From the human T2T-CHM13v2.0 reference genome, Homo sapiens, in assembly GCA_009914755.4 (NCBI GenBank), contig CP068257.2:34944001-35008000 (forward strand): DNA of 64,000 bases, given 5' to 3'. Position 1 is the stretch's first letter. The number at the start of each line of letters is the position of its first letter. The notes beneath the pieces are model-generated. The model was not told the DNA's origin. It saw only the letters and a program-made list of their open reading frames with translations, and searched no databases. Both the position numbers and the translations under genes were made by a program. Positions 17,090 to 31,157 of the stretch are shown in pieces.

Positions 17090-17470
17090 CTTGCTAGGAC
17101 TATCATAACAAAGTACCACCAACTGGGTGGCTTCAACAATAGACATTTGTTGTTTTAGCGTTCTGGAGGCTGGAAGTCCAAGACCAAAGTATAAGCAGAA
17201 TTGGTTCTTCCGAGGCCTCTCTCCCTGGCTTGTAGACAGCTGTCTTCTTCCTGTCTTCATATGGTCATCTCTATGTGTGTGTCTTTGCCCTAATCTCCTC
17301 TTCTTATAAGGACACCTGTCATATAGGATTAAGACTCTAATGACCCCATTTAACTTAATTCCCTATTTAAAGTGCCCGTCTCCAAATACAGTCACATTCT
17401 GTGACACTGGGGGTTAGGGCTTCAACAGATGGATTTTACAGAGGAGATGCAATTCAGTCCCAAATTGTGG
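17090..17470. mobile_element. MaLR/MLT-like LTR fragment (family and orientation uncertain)
   Basis: ...aacaaagtaccaccaactgggtggcttcaacaatagacatttgttgttttagcgttctggaggctggaagtccaagaccaaag...cttcttataaggacacctgtcatataggattaag...taacttaattccctatttaaagtgcccgtctccaaatacagtcacattctgtgacactgggggttagggcttcaacagatgg. The same architecture recurs at 21190-21620 and 51893-52960. Confidence 0.5.
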
Positions 17471-18384
17471 GAAATCTATTTGCTCTACGCTTTCCACAGC
17501 CAACACCCAAAGGGAAACCTAGACAGATACACAAGTTCATCTCCATAAACTCATGAAAAACAGAACTACCTAATAGCTAGCACTCAGCCCAGACAGGTTT
17601 CCACAAGCATTCTCATTTAAAAAAAAAAAATTTTGTGAGGCAGTGATATCTTCAATGTTTCTCTTATAGCAGAAACAATGGTAAGTTTCAAAAGATGTCT
17701 CTGACATCCCGTCTCAAGCATTGACCAATGATACAAGGTGGAGGAGAATGAAGTATTGATGCAATTTCTCTCCAGCCTTATTAAATGATGGAGTAGCCAC
17801 CAGACAGGGTGGCTATCAATCTCTCCACCAATCTTTCCCCTAGAATGGCTCTGTTTCTTTGGACATTAAAGGGGTTTTTATTATGGAGAGTTTCCCATTA
17901 AAACGCAGCACCACAGTTGAGTGCCTGTGAAGGAGAGAATTACATGAGCACGGCCTGTAGAAGACCCCATGGACAAAGGGCAAGAGAGAAGCTTCCAGAT
18001 AAGTGATGGCGTGTGCCAAGGGCAAGCTTCCTGTATTACATTTTAGGGGAGACACAGCTTAGCTCCACAGCATCTTTCCCCTCTTGTGTTGGACATTTTT
18101 TTGGTGGTTTGCTCCCACGGCCTATCCTAAGGGAAGATAATTTTGAGAGGTCATCTGCAGATAACCACATCATGCTTCTACAAGTGACTCACCTCTTTCT
18201 GGTCTTAGCTGATCATCAACTGACCCAGGAGCTGTCCACCTATGGGTTGGCCAATGACAGTGACCTATGGCCTGGCATAAGATGCATTTGGCCAATCAAA
18301 TTCCTGCTCTCTCAGAGGAAGTGCAGAGATGGGCAGTTGGTGAGAGCTGCTGGTGTGGGGCAGGAGAAGCCATAAGGCGCTAAA

Positions 18385-18665
18385 AATAACAGCACACCTC
18401 ACATCTATCTGGATGGCTGTTATCAAAAGAACAGAAAGTAATGCTGGTGAGAATGTGGGGAAACTTGAGCCCTTGTGCATTGCTGGTGGAAATGTAAAAC
18501 GATGCAGCTACTATAGAAAATGGTTGAGGGTCTTCAAAAAATTAAACGCAGAGTTACCATATAATCCAGCAATTCCACTTCTAGGTGTATACCCCCTCAC
18601 TGTTGAAAGCCAGGACTCAAAAAGACATGTGTACACACATGTTCATAGCATCGGTATTCACACAC
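18385..18665 (+). mobile_element. Old L1 ORF2 C-terminal fragment
   Basis: The + strand translation ...MAVIKRTESNAGENVGKLEPLCIAGGNVKRCSYYRKWLRVFKKLNAELPYNPAIPLLGVYP... parallels L1 ORF2 ...[63 protein letters not shown].... Confidence 0.65.
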
Positions 18666-19584
18666 TCTATTGGTTCTGTTTCTCCAGTGAATCCTGACTA
18701 ATGCATCTTCCAAAAGAATCTACAGAACAGCTGGGGAGCATGAGTCTAAGGTCTGTAGGCTCCAGATGAAAGATCCTGTCGCTGATGCTGGGCCAGCCTA
18801 CAAGCACCCCCCAGACAGGCTGTCACAGAACAGTAGGGCTGACGGACCACGTTCAGTTGCTTGAATCCCATCATTTAGTACATCAGTTCCAAACACACAG
18901 CAAGAAACAAAGGGAGAGATCTGCAGTTGGTTGACACTGCAGGATCTGGTGCCTTCAGGGTGGAAGGACCACAGCCCTGGGTCCTGGGCTATGCAATGTT
19001 CACAATCCGTCTCTGTCTGCCCATCAGTCTCCCCTGCTAACGGTGTGGTTACCAGGACCAGTCAAATAGTCAAACAAGGAGGCTTAGCAGATGGAAGCTG
19101 CCCAGAAACTGCACATCCTTGTCCTACCAAAGAAACACAAGAGCACGATCACCTGGCCAGTATCTGGGGCTCGCCAGCTGACCTGCGGAGTGGCTGTGGG
19201 CTTTGTTTGCATTTCTTGAGCAGAGCACATATGGTCCCATCTATCTTTGTCATTCATTTCTCTTATTTTCTCCAGCAGAATTGAATGGTCTTAAAAGAGT
19301 GAACATGTATTGCAGATGCCGTGAGAGCTATGATGGTGAAACTGCTGATCTTCCTAGTACTTTAAAAAAGACTTTCTACAAAGATCCTTTCTATTTTGTG
19401 TGTTTGTTGTTGCAAATAAGTGCTTGATTAGAGGCCAAGCGAAAGCTGGTGGTTTTTATCTCATGAAGGTTAGGATCTGTTTTGTTTTCCATGGATGCTA
19501 GAAGTTGTGAATGGAAAAATGAACATCATCTTTGAGTAAAGACATTTTAGAAGGAGACACATTTTGATTGTAAAAATGGAATGT

Positions 19585-19878
19585 GACTGGGTGCGGTGTG
19601 TCACACCTATAATCTCAGCACTTTGGTGGGTGGATTGCTTGAGCCAAGGAATTGGAGATCAGCCTGGGCAACATGGCAAGACCCTGTCTCTACAAAAAAT
19701 ACAAAAATTAGCCGGGCATGGTGGCTCATGTCTGTACTCCCACCTACTTAGAGGCTGAAGTGGGAGGATCACTTGAGCCTGGGAGGTCGAGGCTGCAATG
19801 AGTATGATAACACCACTACACTCTTCAGCCTAGGTGATAGAGTGAGAACCTGACTCAAAAGACAATAGGAAGAAAAAG
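19585..19878 (+). mobile_element. Alu (older, AluJ/S-like) with a degenerate A-tail
   Basis: gactgggtgcggtgtgtcacacctataatctcagcactttggtgggtggattgcttgagcc...ctgtctctacaaaaaatacaaaaattagccgggcatggtgg...cctgactcaaaag. The TSD is a perfect 12 bp: aaaatggaatgt at 19573-19584 and 19879-19890. Confidence 0.9.
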
Positions 19879-21189
19879 AAAATGGAATGTACCGGGCCAA
19901 GGGAAGGAGAGCAAGGAGAACCGCTTTGGGTATTTGTGGGGTCCCCCCAGGACTCACTACTGCAGGAGGATGCAGAGGAAAGGGATAGGGTGGAGAGCGA
20001 GGCATGCTATCCACTGAAAGAGAGGGACAGGCACATGTGTAAGTTGTAAATCTCAGAAAAGAGAAGTAAAGATTAGTAGTGAGAAATGGGAAAGCCGAGA
20101 GGTGTTATTTGAATGCACACATTGAATGAATGAAAAAAGTCTCACGACAGGATTAGATAGAAAAATGCAACGTTTCCTTTTTAACCAAAAGAGGCAAGAG
20201 TTCGCAGAGGAAATAGATTGTGCTTGAGAACAGCCATGGCAATTTTTCAGCAATACAATCAGGCATTTTAGGGGAAACTTAATAAATGGCTTGGATCTCA
20301 GTGGTCAGGAAAGGATGGAGAACAGATGTCAAAGGCTGACATAGATTTTCTGAGCAGAAAAAAATAAGGTAGAGAGAGAATAAGCCTGGGACTGGGGACA
20401 GAGAATTCGAATGCCCAAGGTCAAATTCAGTCTGCTAATGTCTGCCTGGCCCCTGCACAAGGACTCGTTCCATGAGGCAGCGCCTGCGCCCACATGTGTA
20501 CAGTTGATTTCCACCGATTGTTCACCCAACGTGGACCACCTTGCCTCAGACCCTATTTGACACAAGTTCTATCTCCATCAAACCAGCTGTCAGGAAATGG
20601 TCTCAAATCTCCAAGAACAGAAACTTCTCTTGACAGTGCATTCTGTTACCTTCAGTATGAAAACTGGCAATGACACAGCAAGACCTGCAACTCAGGCTTC
20701 CTGTCCCCAGCCCTCCACAATGCTAAGAGCAATGGCAGAGCACCTGTCCAAGGCCTCGAATGAGCTGTTGGCTATACAGAAGCATCTGGAAGGATGCAAG
20801 AGCACCCTAGAATGACTATCATAAAAAACCTGCCCCATTCCCACACAACCCTTTCCCAGCCCTTCTGTAATGTGTGGTTAAACTGAGTCTCATCCATTTT
20901 TCCTTCCTGCTAAAGACTAAGCTTGGGAAGAGAGTGGAGGGGAGGGGTGCTGGACTTGAGTGTGGAGACAGAGTGGCCTCCTGGGCCCCAAATAACCTTT
21001 GGGGGCCTGCCTGATGACTCTCCACAGCAACCACGTGGATTCTGGTACTTTCACTGCAAAATGAAGGATGCAGGTGATGGGCTGGGAGGGCTGCAAGTGT
21101 CCAGGAGGCTCAGAGCCTCAGTAGAGATGGAACCATAAGATATCCCACCTCTGCCATCACCCACACAATCCAGCAACATCCCCAGTGCC

Positions 21190-21620
21190 ACCTGGATTTT
21201 GCCCATTCCTCCATCATCTCTCCTCCCAAAGAAAATCTCCCTCTTCCTTCCTCAAGGGGTCCACATGGGTGGCCAACTGCTGGACCATTCTGAAGTCTCT
21301 AGGAAATAAGCCTTTCCTGCCTCTTCCAGCTCCTGGTGTTTGTTGGGAATCCTTGCTGTTCCTTGGCTCATGGCAACATAATTCTAATCTCTGCCTTCAT
21401 CATCACACGGTATCCTCCATGTCTGTGTCTCCATGTCCTAATTTTCCTCTTGTTATAAGGATACAGTCATACTGGATTTAGGGCCCCCTCTAACCCAGTA
21501 TGACATTATCTTAACCTGACTACATCCATAAAGAAATACCCTATTTCCAAATGAAGTCACATTCTGAGGTCCCAGGTGGGCATGAATTTTGAGGTGGGGG
21601 GGATGCAATTCACACAAGCG
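21190..21620. mobile_element. MaLR/MLT-like LTR fragment (same family as 17090-17470)
   Basis: ...cctcttccagctcctggtgtttgttgggaatccttgctgttccttggctcatggcaacataattctaatctctgcc...cttgttataaggatacagtcatactggatttagggccccctctaacc...ccctatttccaaatgaagtcacattctgaggtcccaggtgggcatgaattttgaggtggggggg is parallel to the copy at 17140-17460. Confidence 0.45.
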
Positions 21621-22114
21621 TCATCACTTAAGGGTAATGAAGGCCAGAACTTTTGACTTTCTTGGTATAACCAACTTTAATTACAATATCCTGAGTTTTT
21701 TCCCCCCAAAGTCACTCTGAAATGACCATCTACCCTTTTCCATTCCATAAACTTAGTCTAATACAGACAGAGCTCAGCTTTCAAATAGAGGAGTTTTCCT
21801 GAGCTGCTGCAGGTAAGGGCGCTTGTTTGCAGTGTCTGTTGGCCAGGCCAGGTTGGGGGTGCCCATGGGAAGAAGGAAACCCACAGGATCCCATCCAGGG
21901 GAGGGAGCTCATTAGCATAACCCCTGGCTTGCTCTGCCCATCATGCACTTCTAGCATCCTGATTGGTAGGTTTGAAAGGAGACCTGGGTCATGGGCAGTA
22001 AGAGGTCCTGCATCTTGATTTACTCTCAGGAGTGACTGGCACTTCCAGGGCTGGGCTCCTCCAAGGATGGGCTCATCCCTGTGGGGTGGAGTAGGGGTCT
22101 GTCCAGTTCCGCCA

Positions 22115-22189
22115 CACCAACCCCACCCACCCCCCACGCCCACCCCACCCACCCCCCACGCCCACCCCACCCCACCCACCCCCCACGCC
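22115..22189. repeat. C-rich minisatellite, unit about 22-27 bp (caccccacccaccccccacgcc), about 3 copies
   Basis: Direct reading: caccaaccccacccaccccccacgcc / caccccacccaccccccacgcc / caccccaccccacccaccccccacgcc. The opposite strand carries more than 10 runs of G3-G6. Confidence 0.9.
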
Positions 22190-22302
22190 AAAATTGGACT
22201 TCTGTATTAGGGAGCTTATTTGCCCAAAGATATAAGCCACATTCTCCAACCTAGACTGTCAGTTATAAACGTAGTCTTTGGGCTGGAATAAAGGCAGTCT
22301 TT

Positions 22303-22726
<424 letters not shown>

Positions 22727-23936
22727 TCACTTTGAACGCCAATTAACTTCTCAACAGTTCACACACAATCCATGCATGGGAGCCTTATTCCCTTAATACG
22801 CCAAAAAATATACCTGAAGCTAAAAATATACCAACCCAAGGCAAGCTTGAACTTTCCATAAAAGGCCATTAAGAGAATTGATTTCATCTCCGGGATTATT
22901 GCCCTGTGACAGCTGGTATGCATTCCAAATACAGCAACAAAAGAGAAGGCCACGCTGTAGAAAGGAGTTTAAGTGGAAACCTTCCATACACCAAAATCTC
23001 AAAGGAGAGGAAGTTGCTTGCCACCCCCTTGGTTACAGTTCATAGTCATAAAGGCTGTTTCTATAGAATAGACTTCCACGATTATCTATTTGCAAAAATG
23101 TACAAACACAGCCAGCATACTCTGTGCCTGTAGAAAGACCTGGATCAATACAAGTAACAGAAGAATGAAGAAAAGAGGAAAAAAAGATTTTATCAAGGCT
23201 GTTTACTTTAAGGGTACCTTAAAGACCTGCACAAACACACCTGCTACTTCAGTGCCAGGAAGAACAGAGCAAACATGGCTCTCCTTTAAAAGAAACTGGA
23301 GAAAGAGACTTTGCAGCCACAAAACCAGTCACACCAGGAGGCGCTAGCATCTCAGCAAGTGAAAGCATAGAAGCCTCATCTTCAGATCAAAGTTATTTAA
23401 AAGGAGCCCAGGATCACACTTCTGAATTAAGCCTACATCACATCGGGGACAGTAACATGTTGAGGAATGTTTAACCACAAACTGGATCACCAGAAGGGAA
23501 AAATCTCCTGATTCCTAGCATCTGCCCATTTCTGTGGTGTAAATACTCCCACAGTAGCTGATTTCAAGCTGCCAGCATTGGCAGAGATGTGAAACACCAC
23601 ACCATTGTATAGTATTTCCACCCTCCAGATACAATAGGTGCAAACAACTTCTAGAGCATAGGTACCAGTAAAATGTACTAACACAATCAGGAAGTAAAAA
23701 ATGCTAAAACAATTAGGAAGTTGAATGTATTAAAACAACTAGGAAGTGATGAGTTTTGAGTATTTATTACTTTTGTGGTAATATAATTTATTTAATTGTA
23801 AGCTTATGATTTTAAATTTTTAAATAGTGACTCTTTTAGCTACCAGCTCACAAAATTCCGGCAAATTTTACAATTGGCTCAAGCTGGGGCAAGTCTCCTT
23901 CAACCTACCATGGTCTGGGGAGCGTTTTCAAAGTAA

Positions 23937-24451
<515 letters not shown>

Positions 24452-24724
24452 TGAGAACCACTGCTGTGTCCCACCCTTCCATGTTACAGAAAGGGAAGCT
24501 GAAGTTCAAAAGTTTAAATGTTCTCTCTGTTGGTTAACAGATGACCGAGCTGGAGAATGACTATTAGTTGGGTTCTTTCTCTTCCCCTAGACCTTCCCCC
24601 CAACAATTATGTGCAACTTTGGATCTCTTCTGGAAATACTGCACCTTATAAGCACCTTATTTGAAATATTGCAACTATATTAGCAGTATAGGCCATATAC
24701 CAAAGCCTCATTACTTTAAAAGGA

Positions 24725-24843
24725 AAAAAAAAAGAGAGATGGGGGGGCAGTCCTACTGTGTTGCTCAGGCTGGTCTTGAACTCCTGGCCTCTGGCGATCC
24801 TCCTGCCTCAGCCTCCCGAATAACTGGGACATAGGTGCATTGC
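24725..24843 (-). mobile_element. Truncated Alu (left-monomer portion)
   Basis: aaaaaaaaaaagagagatgggggggcagtcctactgtgttgctcaggctggtcttgaactcctggcctctggcgatcctcctgcctcagcctcccgaataactgggacataggtgcattgc is the reverse complement of Alu ...gagacggggtttcaccatgttggccaggctggtctcgaactcctgacctc...gcctcccaaagtgctgggattacaggcgtgagc. Confidence 0.7.
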
Positions 24844-25136
24844 ATTCAGCTTACTTTTGCATTACCTTAACAATAACCAAAATAAAGTTTACCATAATAT
24901 CATTTATTTTTAAAAAGGGTTTAACAAGGAAATTCATAGGTAAGCCAAACTAGAAAGGAGACATCAACGTCCTCAAGAAACTTTAGAGACCAGCTTTCTC
25001 TCTGTTTGTATATAAACCATGTATATATTAATAACAAACCATTCTGATCTATATACTAAGAGAGGGTCAACTGAACTGGCAATGTTTAGTTAGTGGTTAT
25101 TTTAACTTATTCTTAATTAAAAATAAAGTTATTCTA

Positions 25137-25250
25137 GCCAGTTGCAGTGGCATGTTCCTGTAGTCCCAGCTACTCAGGAGGCTGAGGCAGGAGGATTGCT
25201 TAAGCCCAGGATTTTGAGTCCAGCCTGGATAACATAGTGAGAGCTTGTTT
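25137..25250 (+). mobile_element. Free Alu monomer (FLAM/FRAM-like)
   Basis: agccagttgcagtggcatgttcctgtagtcccagctactcaggaggctgaggcaggaggattgcttaagcccaggattttgagtccagcctggataacatagtgagag matches a single monomer only. Confidence 0.7.
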
Positions 25251-26281
25251 CCATTTTTCAGAAAAGTTGTTCTAGGTAGCAAGATTATGGTGATTTACTC
25301 TTCCATATTTCTTCTAAATCTTCTTCAACAAGCTTAATGCTGTAGTCCTGTCCCATATATTTTTAATGCTTTTATAATCAGAAAAATTGACTTTTTTTTT
25401 AACCCAAGTCAATTGCATCTCTTTCCGCACCCAGACTTTTCATGAATTTGGTTTGGCTTCTCTTTTAAATTTTCCCAAGACAGCAAGGAAAAGTGATCCA
25501 GCTAAGCTTTCCTTTTAGGACTTTTTACTGACTCTCCCCAGCGATTTGAAGATAACCTCCTCCTGAGCTCTCCACCCCACTCTGAAGCTGCGAGGTCCCC
25601 ACCGAACAGAACACGGTCTCCTGAGTGTCCCACCCTGCTCTTAGCGGGAGAACTCAGCTTTCGGCTCCCATAGGCATGGAAACAGTTACCAAACACTGGT
25701 TCCTAGGCCAGTGTCTCTCCTACTGCTAGTTGAAAGAATATTCCATGACTCATTGTGGACTCATCTCCCAAAGATATTAAATCTGAGTTTCAGTGAAAGC
25801 CAGTCCAGGTAAGCCCTGTACAAATAAGAACACGCCTGAGCTAAAACCAGGCTGGTGGATTCCAGCATCTTCTCTGGGCTCTTCCTGTGTCTCAGAGCGT
25901 GAGCTTGGGCTTCTACTCCGTGCCTGGGGGACCCATGCCCCCTGCCACCCCATGGCTGGAAGAGTACCCCTGTCTGGGAGAAATCAGCTATAAACGCAGA
26001 AGACAAGAGCCCTGAGGGAGGCAACCTTTCACCAGGTCCAGGGGCTTCTCCATTGGTCCTCACGGTCGGGCTCATTATCACAGCATCTTCTGATGATGTC
26101 TTTGCCTTGCTCCCATCCCTGTGGGTGGTGAAGGGCCGGGAAGGCAAGTGTGCAGGACTGTGGGTGCTGGGCTTATCTGGAGGCATCTGCTGAGGGGAGG
26201 CCAGCACATGTTTCTTAAGAACAAGGGCACGCGTCTTATCCCCTTCTCTTCCTGGTGGGCCGGGCTCCTTGGTGCAAAGCA

Positions 26282-26568
<287 letters not shown>

Positions 26569-26570
26569 TA

Positions 26571-26957
<387 letters not shown>

Positions 26958-28595
26958 TCACCACTTTCTAAGCCTGCATTTGCTGACCATCCCCACATCC
27001 TAAACCAAGCCCTCTGACCTCAGTTGTTCCTGCGAGGATGCCTTGTCCGGAGATGGCAGAGGTTCCCGCCACTGCTTTTCCGTGCCTGCCCTCCCGCCAC
27101 TGCTTTTCCCAGCACACCCTGCCACCCCAGTGTGGAGGCTCCACTGACCATCACGGGGAGAGTTCTATCGGCACCCGCCTCCTGCCCCTGTGAGATGCGT
27201 CTTGGGGGAGTCATGTGGCCTCTTGACACCTCAATTGCCTCACTGGCAAGCTAGGGATAATAATGTCACCTCCTGAATCAGCGTGGGCATTCAGGAGCTA
27301 CTGAGTGTGTAAAACCCTGCAAAAGGCAGAGGCCACTCCCATGCCAGAAACAGTCTCCACGTCTCCTTCTACAGACCCCTCCTCCGAGTCCCCTTGGTCC
27401 CCAAGGACAGCACCAGCCATCCTGTCTCCATGGCCTTTGTGTTATCAGTAGGGCTGCCAGACGAAACACAAGACACCCAGTTAAATTTAAATTTCAGATA
27501 AACAACAAATAATATTGAGTATAAACATGTCCCGTGCAATATTTTCATTTGCTATATCTAGTGACCTGAATCTAATGAGAGGGCACGTTTCATAGGGCTG
27601 GACACCATGTGTGTTTCATCTGTGCTCCCCAACCCTCCCTCCTCCCTCCCCAGCCTGGCACACTGCCGGGCACATGGCCTCAGTATCCAATAGGCCGGCG
27701 GTTCTCAGCAGGGTCAGGACTGCCCCCTAGGGGCTATTTTGGAAATTCGAGGAAGCCTTTGTGATTGGCAGGATTACAGTGGGGGACTTCCTGGCCTTGA
27801 GGGGACAGGAGCCAGGGGTGCTCCAGGACCTGCCAGAATTGTCCTCTCTGTAGAGAGTTGTCCTTTACCCCACACACCATTCAGGTAAATGACAAACCCG
27901 CTTAGGACCGTCTGAGCCTGGAAACTCACTCCATAGGAACATAAAGTGGATTTTGTGCTGTATTTCCAGGAATGCAACTACTGTACTTTGTTTTAGTCTC
28001 ATGACAAATTGCATCTGTGGTTTTGAGGCCTAGGTATATTACACCTGCATCAGCCCCTCTTTGTGGCTGTGGATTCCTTCAATTGCCTCTTTCTGATGGC
28101 TTCATTGTGTCTTCTAGTGTAGATAGAGTGAGTGCTCAAGCACATTAGGCATTGAATATATTTTACTTTATTACAACCCTCCACTTTCCTTGTATTTCCT
28201 TCATATTGCACTTAATATATTATGTGTACTTAATGCATGTCTCTCATTTCAGATTCTGTGTCGTGATAGGTATATGTAACAGGAATCTGCACTATCGTCT
28301 GTGGTTTTTGTTTCAGGATGGTAAAAAGGCTGTTATAAAAGATTTGTTATGAAAGGGGTCACCCCTAGAACAGTTCTGTGTCTTGATCATAGTGGCGGTT
28401 ACATGAATTTTAACATGTGATAAAAAGACTTAGAACGATTGCATACACATTGTGCCAATGCCAAGTTTCTCATTTTGCTACTGGACCACTGTTACAGAAG
28501 ATGGAGCCATCAGGGTAAACTGAGGAAAAGATACACAGGAGCTCTTTGATTATCTTGGCAGCTTCTCTTGCATCGAGCATGATTTCAATATTTAA

Positions 28596-28914
<319 letters not shown>

Positions 28915-29267
28915 CTGTTAATTTATTTATTTTTAACTTTTATTTTAGTTTCGGGAGTACGTGTGCAGGCTGGTTATATAGTTAAATTAGCATCACGGGT
29001 TTATTGCACAGATTATTTCACCACCCAGGTATTAAGCCCCGTACCCAGTAATTATCTTTTCTGCTCCTCTCCCTCCTCCCACCCTCCCCCTCAAGTCAGC
29101 CCCAGTGTGTGTTGTTCCCTTCTCTGTGCTCCTGAGTTCTCATCATTTAGATCCCACTTATAAATGAGAACATGCGGTATTTGGTTTTCCGTTCCTGTGT
29201 TAGTTTGCTAAGGATAACGGTGTCCAGCTCCATCCATTTCCCTGCAAAGAAAATGATCTCCTTCTTA
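28915..29267 (-). mobile_element. L1 3'-terminal fragment (older L1P/L1M subfamily), antisense
   Basis: tttattttagtttcgggagtacgtgtgcaggctggttatatag...cagccccagtgtgtgttgttcccttctctgtgctcctgagttctcatcatttagatcccacttataaatgagaacatgcggtatttggttttccgttcctgtgttagtttgctaaggataacggtgtccagctccatccatttccctgcaaag matches antisense L1 3'UTR/ORF2-end (...gggtacatgtgcacattgtgcaggtt...ccccagtgtgtgatgttcccc...cacttatgagtgagaacatgcggtgtttggttttttgttcttgcgatagtttgctgagaatgatggtttccagcttcatccatgtccctacaaag). Confidence 0.8.
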
Positions 29268-29805
29268 AAAAAATTATCCTTTTAAGCGAGAGGAGTCACC
29301 AAGTCCTGACTTCAGGTTGAGAGCCACCCAAGAGGTGGATCCAAGGGTTTCTCTTCCAGCCTGCCGGCTAGTCCTGCTTTGTGTGGAGTTCCTCCTCAGG
29401 AGAGCTTGCCTACGGGAAGGTGCAAGCACCTGAGAGCTCCATCCACTTCCCAGCAGCAGAAACGGGGAGCCGGGCTGCTGCTTCCACTCCTATCTCCAGC
29501 CCTTGGTTGCTTGTCCTTTGGGGTAGCCAGACGCAGGCTCAAACCCCAGGTCGTATGGCAGGTGGCCTGGCCTTAGAAAGTCTAAATGAAGGCAGAGGGG
29601 CCTCGGCGGGTCACACCCCTCTGCACTGGCTGAGGCCCATCGCCCACCTGGCTCCCCTGCCAGCCCCCAGACCCCGGCCCCTACCCCTCACTTCTCACTG
29701 TCGGTGGGCTGCTTCCCTCACTTCTCCCTCCAAATCCACCTGCACACCTGGGCCACGTCCTCTGCAGAATAAGGGAGGCCTTGAATGTGAACTAATTTTA
29801 TTTAG

Positions 29806-29950
29806 CGTAAGCCCGGCTGCCCGGGTCTTCTGTGCACGTCTCCCAACTGGGATCTCTGGAATCTCTCTCTCCTGGCTGTCAGGTGCACCTGCCCACCAGG
29901 CCTCACAGCCCGCATCACTACAGATCCAGCCGGGGTGAGTCACCAACAGC
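29806..29950 (+). repeat. Copy A of a 145-bp low-copy direct duplication (partner at 31158-31310)
   Basis: gcgtaagcccggctgcccgggtcttctgtgcacgtctcccaactgggatctctggaatctctctctcctggctgtcagGTGCACCTGCCCACCAGGCCTCACAGCCCGCATCACTACAGATCCAGCCGGGgtgagtcaccaacagcaa is about 93% identical to the partner. I see no similarity to Alu, L1 or MIR. Confidence 0.75.
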
Positions 29951-30310
29951 AAAAAAAGGGGGTGGGAGGAGAATGCACGTGTACACACTTCAGAATTTGT
30001 GAAGCTCTCCTCCATTCCTGGCTCCGTGTCAGGCACCAAACAGACACATAATTCACAAGTTCTCCCATCTGCCCTGAAGGATTCAAGGTCAGACAGTAGA
30101 ACTGGGGGGCCACTGTCATCCCAGGGTGCCTCCTTACACATCTGAGCTGCGAGGAAGATTCCGCTCATCTGCAGGGAATTAAAGCAGGTGAGCAAACCGT
30201 TACTGCTCAGCTGCTGTTAGACAGTGGGATGGGAAATGCTTAACATTTGGAAAAGGAGAAAAGGAGGAAAAAGGGGATGATTTTAAAGACAGATAACTTA
30301 TTTCCTGGAC

Positions 30311-30372
30311 AACATTGAAATACATTAAAATATATTGAATTACGTTGAAATACATTGAAAAACATTGAAATT
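30311..30372. repeat. 10-bp tandem repeat (tacattgaaa/aacattgaaa), about 6 units
   Basis: Direct reading: aacattgaaa tacattaaaa tatattgaat tacgttgaaa tacattgaaa aacattgaaa. Confidence 0.85.
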
Positions 30373-30455
30373 TCCTAGACAGCATGAAATACAACTTGGT
30401 CTCTGGGCCCAAGGCCAGAACGGTGGTCCTGTTGCTCCTGTCTTAGGTGAGCTTG

Positions 30456-30615
30456 CTCCCCCCTCTCCTGGCCCTCTCTCCCTCTCTCCCCTTCTCTTCT
30501 CCTTCTCTCCTTCTCTCTCGCCCTCTTCCTTTCCTCTCTTCTGTTTGGTCTTCCTCCCTCTTTCTCTCTCTTCCTCTCCCTCCTGCTCTCTCTCCCCTAC
30601 TCCCTGCTTCTCTCC
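30456..30615 (+). repeat. Polypyrimidine (CT-rich) tract of about 160 bp, more than 93% C/T on the + strand
   Basis: Direct reading: ctcccccctctcctggccctctctccctctctccccttctcttctccttctctccttctctctcgccctcttcctttcctctcttctgtttggtcttcctccctctttctctctcttcctctccctcctgctctctctcccctactccctgcttctctcc. A second tract lies at 30781-30868. Confidence 0.9.
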
Positions 30616-31157
30616 ATGTTATCCCAGGATTCCTCGTCACCTAACAACATTGTCACCTGCCTATGAGTGGGACGTTGAATGTGTCCATTCTGCAGGGAGA
30701 GAGGGACACTGACGGCTGCCCTTCATGGGGAAGCAGCATGTCTTTCCCCCTTTACTTTAAACCTCTTTGCTCCTCTGACTTTCCCATCTCTGTTCCCCTT
30801 CACCTCTCACCCTCTCTTTCTCATTGTCCTCTTTGTCTCCCTTTCCTTCCCCCTTTCTCATGGCAGAAACAGTGCCCTATTCTCACCAGTGACTTCCCGT
30901 CGCTGGAAGGTGGCATGTCCCGGCCTCCCTTGCAGCTAGAGGGACAAATGCTACTCCAGGCCCACCTGGAAAGCCCTGTGCAGCCCCGGCCACCTTGCCC
31001 ACTGCCTGAGGGCAAGCTTAGAGGCATGTGCTGGAAGAGTGGAGAGCCCCTACTCACTCTGCAGCGGACTTTGTCACACTGAGCCACTGAGACTGGGGGC
31101 TATTTGTTACCACAGCCAACCCCTGCCCATCCTAAAGATTACGCTCCTCCCCTCCAT

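Noticed and set aside
29381-29938. 185-aa + ORF and overlapping 166-aa minus-strand ORF in the GC-rich block, considered as coding
   Set aside because: It has the same chance-ORF signature as the block 42600-45400, being GC-rich and Pro/Ala/Ser-rich with antisense overlap. The only structured signal here is the duplicated splice-site-bounded 52-nt core, which I report as a finding and not as a CDS.
30365-31082. Overlapping 65-139-aa ORFs on both strands across 30365-31082
   Set aside because: They are translations of the CT-rich polypyrimidine tracts (LSLSPLLFSFSPSLSPS..., and REGEEKGRE... on the other strand). Low-complexity repeats give long stop-free frames trivially.
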